In this document: piece by piece, positions 31,073 to 39,290 of the stretch
Layout of the letters: every line of letters starts with the position of its first letter
How positions within the stretch are numbered: position 1 is the first letter of the stretch
Assembly: GCA_944391405.1 (NCBI GenBank)
Contig: CALXTN010000001.1
Location: 4,503 to 68,502, forward strand
DNA: 64,000 nt
DNA from: an uncultured Alphaproteobacteria bacterium
GTDB lineage: Bacteria > Pseudomonadota > Alphaproteobacteria > RF32 > CAG-239
Direction of reading: 5' to 3'
Notes under the pieces: generated by a model
Database searches by the model: none
Seen by the model: the letters and a program-made list of their open reading frames with translations, nothing else
What the model was told of the DNA's origin: nothing
Program-made: the position numbers and the translations under genes

Positions 31073-32086
31073 ATGGTTGATACTGTATTTTATAAACATA
31101 ACGGTGCTAAAAGTATTAAAGAAATTGCAACTATTGCAGATGCCGTTTTGATTACCGAAGGTAAAGAAAAAGAGCAGATAGAAAATATCTGCTCTATCGA
31201 ATCTGCCGGAAGTCAAGATATTTGCTTTTTTTATGATAAGAAGAATAAGGATAAAGCGGCTAATATCAAAGCCAAAGCATGTATCACGACAGAGGAATTA
31301 GTGCGTTTTATTCCTGATGGCGTCATTATTTTAACGTGTTCTAATCCTAAACTTTCTTTCATCAATCTGGTTAGCAGTTTTTATGCTGAAAATAAACCTG
31401 CTCCGCAAATTTCACCGAATGCAACAGTAGCACAAAGCGCTAAAATTGGTCAAAATTGCTCTATTGCCGCAGGTGTCGTTATTGAAGATGATGTTGTGAT
31501 TGGCGATAATTGTATTATTGAACCAAACGCTGTTATCGGCAGAGGTTGCAAAATCGGGAACAACTGTAGAATCGGAAACAATGCCAGCATTGCGTATTGC
31601 TTGATGGGGAATGATTGTTACATTTATACCGGCGCAAGAATCGGACAAGATGGTTTTGGTTTTTCTGTTGTTAACGGACAACATAAACGTATTCCTCAAA
31701 TCGGACGAGTTATTATCGGTAATGATGTAGAAATTGGCGCAAATACCTGTGTTGATAGAGGCGCTTTAGATGATACAATTATCGGCGATGGCTGTCGTGT
31801 TGATAATTTGGTTCAAATTGCTCATAATGATAAAATCGGTAAATGCTGTATTCTTGTCGCACAAACTGGTATCGCAGGTAGCTGTATTTTTGGTGATTAC
31901 GTTGTTTGCGGCGGTCAAACTGGTTTTGCTGACCACCTAAATGTTGGTAGCGGGGCTCAGGTTGGTGCACAATCTGGTGTTATGCGAGATATCGAACCAG
32001 GCGCAATTGTTATGGGTACACCGACAGTTCCTTTTAAAGATTTTATGCGCCAAGTCGCATTTTTACAAAAAAATAGCAAAAAATAA
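31073..32086 (+). CDS. lpxD: UDP-3-O-acylglucosamine N-acyltransferase
   Basis: Hexapeptide-repeat LbH core and [23 protein letters not shown]...AHN. Confidence 0.92.
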   Translation: MVDTVFYKHNGAKSIKEIATIADAVLITEGKEKEQIENICSIESAGSQDICFFYDKKNKDKAANIKAKACITTEELVRFIPDGVIILTCSNPKLSFINLVSSFYAENKPAPQISPNATVAQSAKIGQNCSIAAGVVIEDDVVIGDNCIIEPNAVIGRGCKIGNNCRIGNNASIAYCLMGNDCYIYTGARIGQDGFGFSVVNGQHKRIPQIGRVIIGNDVEIGANTCVDRGALDDTIIGDGCRVDNLVQIAHNDKIGKCCILVAQTGIAGSCIFGDYVVCGGQTGFADHLNVGSGAQVGAQSGVMRDIEPGAIVMGTPTVPFKDFMRQVAFLQKNSKK

Positions 32087-32101
32087 ATTAGGAGACTTGT
32101 T

Positions 32102-32554
32102 ATGTCAGAAAATATAAAAGTTTATCAAATTGAAGAAATTATGAAAATGCTCCCACATCGTTATCCATTTTTGTTGGTTGATCGCTTGGAAGTTGAAGTT
32201 CCAGGTGAGAAAGGTGTTGGCATTAAAAATGTTACCATGAACGAAGAGTTTTTCCAAGGTCACTTCCCTGGTAATCCGGTTATGCCAGGGGTTCTTCAAA
32301 TTGAGGCTATGGCTCAGACTGCCGGTGCTGTTGTTATTTCTCAAGACGAAAATTATGCTGCATCTAAACGTAATGTTCTCTTTATGGCTGTTGACGGTGT
32401 TAAATTTAGAAAGCAAGTTAAACCTGGAGATCAATTGAGAATGCATGTTGAAAAGATCAAAGCTCGCAGAAATATTTTTGTATTCAAAGGAACTTGCATG
32501 GTTGATGGTCAAGTTGCTTCTGAAGCTGAATTAACAGCTATGATTCTTGAATAA
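32102..32554 (+). CDS. fabZ: 3-hydroxyacyl-ACP dehydratase FabZ
   Basis: LPHRYPFLLVDR...FFQGHFPGNPVMPGVLQIEAMAQ. Confidence 0.95.
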   Translation: MSENIKVYQIEEIMKMLPHRYPFLLVDRLEVEVPGEKGVGIKNVTMNEEFFQGHFPGNPVMPGVLQIEAMAQTAGAVVISQDENYAASKRNVLFMAVDGVKFRKQVKPGDQLRMHVEKIKARRNIFVFKGTCMVDGQVASEAELTAMILE

Positions 32555-32581
32555 TTTTATTATTCATTTGTTTTAAAGTTG

Positions 32582-32621
32582 AAAAAATTAGAGATAGGAT
32601 TTATCTTATCTCTAATTTTTT
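32582..32621 (+). terminator. Intrinsic terminator after fabZ
   Basis: AAAAAATTAGAGATA-ggatttatct-TATCTCTAATTTTTT. Confidence 0.8.
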
Positions 32622-32631
32622 GAGGTGTAAA

Positions 32632-33858
32632 ATGTTTGATGCTCATATTGTCAGGAAAGATTTTCCTATCTTAAACCGCTTAGTTGATGGTAAAAAAAAT
32701 ATCTATATGGATACTGCTGCTTCCGCACAGAAACCGCTTATTTTATTAAAGAGACTTGAAAAAGCTTATATGGAAGAATATGCAAATGTGCATCGCGGTA
32801 GTTATTGGTTGTCTGAAGTAGCCACGGAAAATTATGAAAAAGCCAGACAGATTGCGGCTAAATTTATAAATGCAGAATCTCATGATTCTATTATTTTTAC
32901 CAGAAACGCAACCGAAGGAATAAATTTGGTAGCCGGAACATATGGATTAGCTAAACTGAATGAAGGGGATGAAATTTTACTTTCACGCGCCGAACATCAT
33001 GCAAATCTCGTTACATGGCAACAAACTGCTTTGAAAACAGGTGCCAGAATTGTTTATTTTGATTTAGACGATTGCGGAAATTTTGTTTGGAATAATTTTG
33101 CAACGGCTTTATCTTCTCGTACTAAAATTGTTGCCGTTACAGCTATGTCTAACGTTTTAGGTACAATTTTTCCGGTAGAGCATATCTGCAAAGCAGCTCA
33201 TGACATTGGAGCTAAAGTGCTTATTGATGCTTGTCAGTTTGCTGTTCACAAAAAAATTGATGTTCAAAAATTTGATTGTGACTTTTTAGCTTTCTCTGGG
33301 CACAAAGTATATGGTCCAACAGGTATTGGGGTTTTATACGGCAAATATGATTTACTTAAAGAAATGCCTCCTTATCAATATGGCGGAGATATGATTGAGC
33401 ACGTTAGTTATGAAAATACAACTTTTGCGCTCCCTCCCGCTCGATTTGAAGCAGGTACTCCAGCCATTGTTCAAGCTATCGGTCTCTCGGCGTCTTTGGA
33501 ATATATGATGCAATTTAATTTTGATGATATTGAGCAATATGAAGCTGAATTAATTGATTATACTACAAAGCGTTTGTTAGATATTTCCGGACTAAAAATT
33601 TTAGGTACCGCAAAGGATAAAGGCGGCGTTTTCTCTTTTGCTATTGAAGGAATTCATCCTCAAGATTTAGCCTTTATTTTAGCTAAAGAAGGGGTAGCTA
33701 TTCGTACTGGACATTTTTGCGCTCAGCCACTTGTTAATGCTTTAGGTTATAACTCATTGGCTCGTGCTTCTTTGGGGATTTACACTACAAAAGAAGATAT
33801 TGATGATTTTATTGCAGCTTTACAAAAAGCTAAGAACTTTTTTGCGAATGAAATATAA
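32632..33858 (+). CDS. sufS: Cysteine desulfurase SufS (class II aminotransferase V)
   Basis: YMDTAASAQKP...FSGHKVYGPTGIG...RTGHFCAQP. GAGGTG SD before the ATG at 32632. Confidence 0.92.
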   Translation: MFDAHIVRKDFPILNRLVDGKKNIYMDTAASAQKPLILLKRLEKAYMEEYANVHRGSYWLSEVATENYEKARQIAAKFINAESHDSIIFTRNATEGINLVAGTYGLAKLNEGDEILLSRAEHHANLVTWQQTALKTGARIVYFDLDDCGNFVWNNFATALSSRTKIVAVTAMSNVLGTIFPVEHICKAAHDIGAKVLIDACQFAVHKKIDVQKFDCDFLAFSGHKVYGPTGIGVLYGKYDLLKEMPPYQYGGDMIEHVSYENTTFALPPARFEAGTPAIVQAIGLSASLEYMMQFNFDDIEQYEAELIDYTTKRLLDISGLKILGTAKDKGGVFSFAIEGIHPQDLAFILAKEGVAIRTGHFCAQPLVNALGYNSLARASLGIYTTKEDIDDFIAALQKAKNFFANEI

Positions 33859-34286
33859 TGACTGATACAGAAAATACTGAAATAGTTGACGAGAATGAGG
33901 CACAATTGCTCAATGCTATGAGCATTGACGATTTGCCTGTCTATAAAGCATATGCCGGGGATAGTTTGGATGAATCTACCCCAAAAGCTAAATTGTTTGA
34001 TGTTGTTGAAGCTATTAAAACAGTTTGTGATCCAGAAATTCCTATCAATGTATATGATTTAGGATTAATCTATAAAATTGATCAAAAAGATACTGGGGAT
34101 TTGCATATTGATATGTCTTTAACAGCTCCTGGATGCCCAGTTGCTGGGGTATTGCCTCAACAAGTTGCAGACGCTGCGGCAGGCGTTGAAGGTGTTGGAA
34201 AAGTTGAAGTTGAAGTGGTTTGGGAACCTGCTTGGTCTTTGGAACGATTAAGCGAAGAAGCGCGTATGATGTTAGAAATGATTTGA
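33858..34286 (+). CDS. DUF59/MIP18-family Fe-S assembly protein (SufT-like)
   Basis: VCDPEIPINVYDLGLIY...LTAPGCPVAG. Its start overlaps the sufS stop. Confidence 0.85.
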   Translation: MTDTENTEIVDENEAQLLNAMSIDDLPVYKAYAGDSLDESTPKAKLFDVVEAIKTVCDPEIPINVYDLGLIYKIDQKDTGDLHIDMSLTAPGCPVAGVLPQQVADAAAGVEGVGKVEVEVVWEPAWSLERLSEEARMMLEMI

Positions 34287-34291
34287 GGCTT

Positions 34292-34717
34292 ATGATGAGT
34301 GTTGAAAATTTAATTGATGATTTTTCTTTTTTAGATAACTGGGAAGATAAATACAAATATTTAATTGAGCTCGGAAATCAATTACCTCATTTTGATGATA
34401 CTCAAAAAATTGAACAATGGAAAATATCTGGTTGTCAGTCGCAGGTCTGGATTATCCCTCATTTTTCATCATCCTCTCTTTCTTTTCAAGGAGATAGTGA
34501 TGCAATAATCGTACGTGGAATTATTGCTGTAGTGCTTGAAATTTTTAATGATAAATCTGCACAAGAAATTTTAGATATTGATGTTGAAGAAATTTTTGAT
34601 AAAATGGGATTGAGGGAACATATTACACCTAATAGACGTAGTGGTATGCTTTCTATGGTTGATAAGATTAAATTTTATGCCAGACGGTCTTTAGAGGAAA
34701 AAAATGAACATTCATGA
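34292..34717 (+). CDS. sufE: Cysteine desulfuration protein SufE
   Basis: WEDKYKYLIELG...ISGCQSQVW...GDSDAIIVRG...PNRRSGMLSM. The start ATGATG is at 34292, not the longest ORF start at 34220. Confidence 0.9.
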   Translation: MMSVENLIDDFSFLDNWEDKYKYLIELGNQLPHFDDTQKIEQWKISGCQSQVWIIPHFSSSSLSFQGDSDAIIVRGIIAVVLEIFNDKSAQEILDIDVEEIFDKMGLREHITPNRRSGMLSMVDKIKFYARRSLEEKNEHS

Positions 34718-35912
34718 GTACCAAGCGAAGAAAATATTTAAGCAATTCGGAATCAACGTTCCAAACGGACTTGTGGCTTATACACCTGCAGAGGCTAAAA
34801 TGGCTGCGGAAACAGTTTCTGAGTTTGGTCCATGGGTTGTGAAAGCGCAAATTCAGGCCGGTTCCAGAGATGTGGGAAAATTCTCGGATAAGCGTGCTGG
34901 GCGCAAGGGTGGTATTCGCCTATCTAAGACGCTTGATGAAGTTTTTGATAATGCCGATGAAATGCTGGAAAACCTTCTGGTTACAAATCAAACCGGTGCA
35001 AAGGGAAGATTGGTTAGTCGTGTTTATATTGAAGAATATATTAAAACGGTTCGAAAATTTTATTTAGGTCTTGTTGTTGATTGGGTTTCTGCATCTACTT
35101 TTTTATTAGTTGCACCTGTTTTGGAAAAAGATGATGATGATATTGTAAAACTTGCTATTGAATCACCTGAAACAATCTTAAAAATAAATCTTGGCTTGCA
35201 AAAAGAAATAAAGACAGAACAACTTACTCAAATTGTTTCTTTTATGAATATGCAGATTGAGCTTTCTGAGTTAAAGACATTTTTAAACAGAATGCTCAAG
35301 CTCTTTTACATCTATGATACGACATTGCTAGAAATTAATCCGATTGGAATTACTAAATCCGGTAAAATTTGGGCTTTGGACGCTAAAATTGTTTTTGATG
35401 AAAACGCTTTATATAGACATCCTGAAATTCAAAAATTAGCCGATGATTCAGAAATTGAAGAAAGAGAGCTTATTGCTTCTAAATTTGGTTTCCAATATAA
35501 AGAATTAGAAAGTGGCATGGGAATAATTGTTAATGGTGACGGCTTAGCAATGAACACTATTAATCAAGCTAAAGATATGGGTATAAATACAGCGTGTTTT
35601 CTAAATCTTAAAGGCGGTGTTGATAGAGATAAAATTTCGGCAAGCATTAAGCTTATTATGACGAATCCACGTGTTGATGGGATTTTTATCAATATCTTGG
35701 GTGGGTTTTCCCGATGTAATCTCATTGCCGACGGTATTATTACCGTTGCAGATGACTTGGGGTTAAATATTCCTCTTGTTGCTCGTTTTGAAGGAACAAA
35801 TAAGGATGAAGCTACAGATATTTTGAAGAAATCTGGCTTACCTCTTTCTATCGCCGAAGATACAACACAAGGTTTGCAACTCTTAAAAGAAGCTATCGCG
35901 GAGGATTTGTAA
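34704..35912 (+). CDS. sucC: Succinyl-CoA synthetase beta-subunit homologue (divergent; ATP-grasp loop has an insertion)
   Basis: MNIHEYQAKKIF...LLEINPI...VNGDGLAM...ILGGFSRCNLIADGI. The GGRGK loop is replaced by AGSRDVGKFSDKRAGRKGG. It overlaps the sufE 3' end by 14 nt. Confidence 0.8.
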   Translation: MNIHEYQAKKIFKQFGINVPNGLVAYTPAEAKMAAETVSEFGPWVVKAQIQAGSRDVGKFSDKRAGRKGGIRLSKTLDEVFDNADEMLENLLVTNQTGAKGRLVSRVYIEEYIKTVRKFYLGLVVDWVSASTFLLVAPVLEKDDDDIVKLAIESPETILKINLGLQKEIKTEQLTQIVSFMNMQIELSELKTFLNRMLKLFYIYDTTLLEINPIGITKSGKIWALDAKIVFDENALYRHPEIQKLADDSEIEERELIASKFGFQYKELESGMGIIVNGDGLAMNTINQAKDMGINTACFLNLKGGVDRDKISASIKLIMTNPRVDGIFINILGGFSRCNLIADGIITVADDLGLNIPLVARFEGTNKDEATDILKKSGLPLSIAEDTTQGLQLLKEAIAEDL

Positions 35913-36778
35913 TGTCTGTTCTGGTAAACAAAAAACTTAAGATATTAGTGCAAGGTATTACCGGTGCTCAAGCTTCTTTCCATGTTCAAAGGGCATTAAA
36001 ATACGGAACCAACATTGTTGCAGGTGTTGCGCCCAATAAAAAAGAAACCTCGTATTTAGGCCTACCTTTATTTGGCACAGTTCAAGAAGCAAAAGAAAAA
36101 ACCGGTGCGAATGCTTCTATCGTTTTTGTTCCGGCAAAATATGCTAAATCTGCAATTATTGAAGCAATTAAAGCTGATCTTGAGCTTGTTGTTGTTATTA
36201 CTTCTGGTATTCCTGTTCGTGATATGATGGAAATTAAGCACGAATTACTTAATTCTTCTACCACACTTATTGGTCCTAATACTCCGGGAATTATTACTCC
36301 TGGTGAAGCATATATGGGAATCTTTCCGGATAATATCCATAAAAGTGGTAATATCGGTATTGTTTCTCGTTCTTCCACTTTAACTTATGAAGTGGTTTTG
36401 GAAATTAATAGAATCGGATTTGGAGAATCGACTGTTGTTGGGTTAGGTGATGATTTTATTATCGGAACTAGTTTTGTTGAAATTATCAAAAAATTTAATA
36501 ATGATATAAACACCAAAGCTATTGTTTTAATTGGTGGCATCGGTGGTAATTATGAAACCGAAGCAGCTGATTTTTATGCTAAACTTGAAAAAAAGAAGCC
36601 AACTATCGCTTTAATTTTAGACGATCCAACCCCGCTATCAGACAACAAAGGGCTTGCTCCGGAAATTATTTGTCGAGGTATTACATCTGCTATGGATAAA
36701 AAAAGAATCTTACAAAATGCCGGAATGATTGTCGTTGATAATATTAGCGCCCTTAAAAGTGAACTTTTGAAGTTATGA
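35912..36778 (+). CDS. sucD: Succinyl-CoA synthetase alpha-subunit homologue lacking the catalytic phosphohistidine (predicted pseudoenzyme or repurposed)
   Basis: Collinear with SucD (QGITGAQASFH, GPNTPGIITPG, IGIVSRSSTLTYE). The MGHAGAII motif reads KGLAPEII, and IGEIGG reads IGGIGG. Confidence 0.8.
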   Translation: MSVLVNKKLKILVQGITGAQASFHVQRALKYGTNIVAGVAPNKKETSYLGLPLFGTVQEAKEKTGANASIVFVPAKYAKSAIIEAIKADLELVVVITSGIPVRDMMEIKHELLNSSTTLIGPNTPGIITPGEAYMGIFPDNIHKSGNIGIVSRSSTLTYEVVLEINRIGFGESTVVGLGDDFIIGTSFVEIIKKFNNDINTKAIVLIGGIGGNYETEAADFYAKLEKKKPTIALILDDPTPLSDNKGLAPEIICRGITSAMDKKRILQNAGMIVVDNISALKSELLKL

Positions 36779-37494
36779 TTAAATGGCTGCAACTTCTTTT
36801 TAATTTTGTTTTACCTCCTCGTTGTCTTCTTTGTGGAAAAGAAGTTTCAGCCGATGGAATACTTTGCTCTGAATGTTTCTCTCGCATCAATTTTATTGTT
36901 CATCCTTATTGTAAAAAATGCGGAAAACCTTTTGAGTATCATCTATCAGATAAGGAAATATTTTGCCCAGAGTGTCTTTCTCATAAATCACCTTTTAGAA
37001 TGTGTCGTTCTGCGGTTGTTTATGATGAAAATTCTAAAAAATTAATTTTGGATTTTAAATTTTTTGACCATCTTGAAAATAAATCGTTGCTTGCAAATTG
37101 GCTGTTACTTGCAGGAAAGGATATTTTTAGCGAGAGTGTGGATTTACTTATTCCTGTTCCTTTGCATTTTTCTCGTTTATTAAAACGTAAGTACAATCAG
37201 TCTGCGGTACTTTGTGATGCTTTATCCAAACTTTCGCATATTCCGGCTAATTACAAAGCATTAAAAAAAACGAAACATACACTTCCACAAGTGTCATGCA
37301 ATGGCAAGCAACGACTAAAAAATGTTAGAAATGCATTTGAAGTTACTCATCCTGAAATGGTTAAAAACAAACGTATTGTTTTAATTGATGATGTTTTTAC
37401 TACAGGTTCTACACTTAAAGAATGCGCTAGAGTTTTAAAGAAAGCTGGAGCTGAATCCGTTTGTGCTTTAACTATTGCTCGTGTCTGTGATTAA
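36775..37494 (+). CDS. comF: ComF-family phosphoribosyltransferase-like protein
   Basis: N-terminal Cys4 zinc finger (CLLCG...CSEC...CKKCG...CPEC) and PRT motif VLIDDVFTTGST. Confidence 0.88.
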   Translation: MIKWLQLLFNFVLPPRCLLCGKEVSADGILCSECFSRINFIVHPYCKKCGKPFEYHLSDKEIFCPECLSHKSPFRMCRSAVVYDENSKKLILDFKFFDHLENKSLLANWLLLAGKDIFSESVDLLIPVPLHFSRLLKRKYNQSAVLCDALSKLSHIPANYKALKKTKHTLPQVSCNGKQRLKNVRNAFEVTHPEMVKNKRIVLIDDVFTTGSTLKECARVLKKAGAESVCALTIARVCD

Positions 37495-37495
37495 T

Positions 37496-37526
37496 AAAAA
37501 AAGCAGGTTTTAAAACCTGCTTTTCT
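37496..37526. terminator. Bidirectional terminator between comF and the tolC operon
   Basis: AAAAAAGCAGGTTTT/AAAACCTGCTTTTCTT palindrome with flanking A and T runs. Confidence 0.85.
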
Positions 37527-37757
37527 TCACTTTATAACACAAAGTAACTTCGAATATTTTTGCAAAATACATTCAGCAATTCCCGCTAGCTCTGATTTTT
37601 CTTCTTTATTGAAACGCCTTCCTTTAATTTGCATTTCCGGTGTTAGTTCAAAAATATCTCCAGAAAAATCTCGCATACAATGCTTTTTACTCTTTGTATC
37701 TATTATACTCTGACGAACTATTTCTGTTATATCGTCTATACTCTTTTGTTCAGACAT
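37527..37757 (-). CDS. Small PopZ/DUF2497-like protein (76 aa, N-terminal motifs only)
   Basis: AAGGG SD 7 nt upstream of the ATG, 16 nt after the tolC stop. IDDITEIVRQSIID resembles PopZ MEEILASIRRIISE, and DIFELTPEM resembles PopZ EVLELTDPI. Confidence 0.45.
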   Translation of the reverse strand: MSEQKSIDDITEIVRQSIIDTKSKKHCMRDFSGDIFELTPEMQIKGRRFNKEEKSELAGIAECILQKYSKLLCVIK

Positions 37758-37773
37758 TTATTACCCTTAATTC

Positions 37774-39150
37774 TTAATCAATGCTAGTTGACAGCCATTT
37801 TCCGGATGTCTCTTCATATTTAGCATTTGCATCATATAAATCAACATCTAATTTCAAATCTTTTGCAGTCAACTTACCCATTGCCTGCAGAAGTTGCAAA
37901 CCTGATACATAATATGCATAACGTGTCGTTACTTCTTCTACTTCTGAATCAAGTAAATATTGGTATTGGTTTAATACATCAAGAACTGTTCTATTACCCA
38001 AAGCTTCTTCTTCGCGAACACCATTTAATGCTACTTGGTAAGCCTTAATCTGTGCTCTTACAGACTTGATTTTAGCTTTATTTGCACTCAGGTATTCCCA
38101 ATAGCTTGTAATATTTGAATATAAAGCATCTTGCGCATCTAACACATCTTCTTGGGCTTGCCAACGATAATATTTGCTTTGACGAATCTTGGCACGACTT
38201 GAACCTGCGTTATAAATTGGAATCGAGAAATTTACTCCTAGTTCAACAGAATTATCTGTTGGATTTTTATCCATTGTATAATCTTGGCTCTTCAAACGAC
38301 CTGCTGATGCGTAAGCATTTATAGATGGAAGTAATTCACCTTGACTAGTTTTTACATCATACTTCTTAGCTTTTAGATTATGCTTTGCGGCATTCAAGTC
38401 GTAGTTATGAATTTTTGCGTATTCCAATGCCTCTTCCATGCTTTTGGGAAACATTTTTTCAATCTCTTTTGGATCTTTTGTTTCTTTGGGCTCTTCGCCA
38501 ATAACTTGTTTGTAAACGGCCTTAGATGCTTCTAAATCGCCTTCTGCTGAAATTCTTTGCGATTGCGCAGATGCATAACTTGCTTCAGCTTGCGATACAT
38601 CTGTCGTGGTTACTTCGCCTACCTTGAAGCGTTCACGTGTTTCTTCTAACTCTTTTTTCAGCAGTTTTTCATTATTTTTTTGTAATCTAACGATTGCTTC
38701 ATCACGAAGAACATTCAAATAAGCTGTCGCTGCATTGAGCAATAAGCTTTGTTCCGTTGACATCAAGCTTGCTTGTGCGGCTTTTACCGAACTTTTTGCA
38801 GAACTTACAGAATTTACTGTTTGAAAACCACTAAAAATCGGCTGGGAAATTGTTGCGGCCAAAGTTCTTTCATATCCATCTATCGGACGAGTGCTTCTAT
38901 TACTATTAACTTTAGAATCGCTATAACCTCCATCAATGCTTAATGTTGGACGATATCCTGATTTTGCAATAGCAACATTTTCATCTACGGCACTTGTTGC
39001 GGCACGTGCTGCTTTTAATGACGGATTATATTCATAGGCTTTTGCCAATGCCGTTTCTAATGTGTCCGCTTGCGCAGAAAGCGCTGTTGAAACGGTAAGA
39101 GCCAACGCAAGAATACTCAGCTTTTTCATTTCTAAATTTCCCTCTTTCAT
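37774..39150 (-). CDS. tolC: TolC-family outer membrane channel
   Basis: Signal peptide MKKLSILALALTVSTALSAQA (probable start at 39129). Two-repeat TolC architecture with LETALAKAYEYNPSLKAA. Confidence 0.9.
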   Translation of the reverse strand: MKEGNLEMKKLSILALALTVSTALSAQADTLETALAKAYEYNPSLKAARAATSAVDENVAIAKSGYRPTLSIDGGYSDSKVNSNRSTRPIDGYERTLAATISQPIFSGFQTVNSVSSAKSSVKAAQASLMSTEQSLLLNAATAYLNVLRDEAIVRLQKNNEKLLKKELEETRERFKVGEVTTTDVSQAEASYASAQSQRISAEGDLEASKAVYKQVIGEEPKETKDPKEIEKMFPKSMEEALEYAKIHNYDLNAAKHNLKAKKYDVKTSQGELLPSINAYASAGRLKSQDYTMDKNPTDNSVELGVNFSIPIYNAGSSRAKIRQSKYYRWQAQEDVLDAQDALYSNITSYWEYLSANKAKIKSVRAQIKAYQVALNGVREEEALGNRTVLDVLNQYQYLLDSEVEEVTTRYAYYVSGLQLLQAMGKLTAKDLKLDVDLYDANAKYEETSGKWLSTSID

Positions 39151-39290
39151 TTACAAAAAAGATTTATTTGCTCCTTTTTTAGCACTTAATTGTTAAAAAA
39201 ATACCAATCTTCATTTTTATTTTTCTAAATACTCTTATATTATTAACGAAAATTCAAACTATTTTGCCTTATTTGTGTGAATAGTAAAGT

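Noticed and set aside
34220-34291. Longest-ORF N-terminal extension of sufE (MGTCLVFGTIKRRSAYDVRNDLRL...).
   Set aside because: The extension overlaps the 3' end of the DUF59 gene in another frame. SufE homology begins at MMSVENL (34292).
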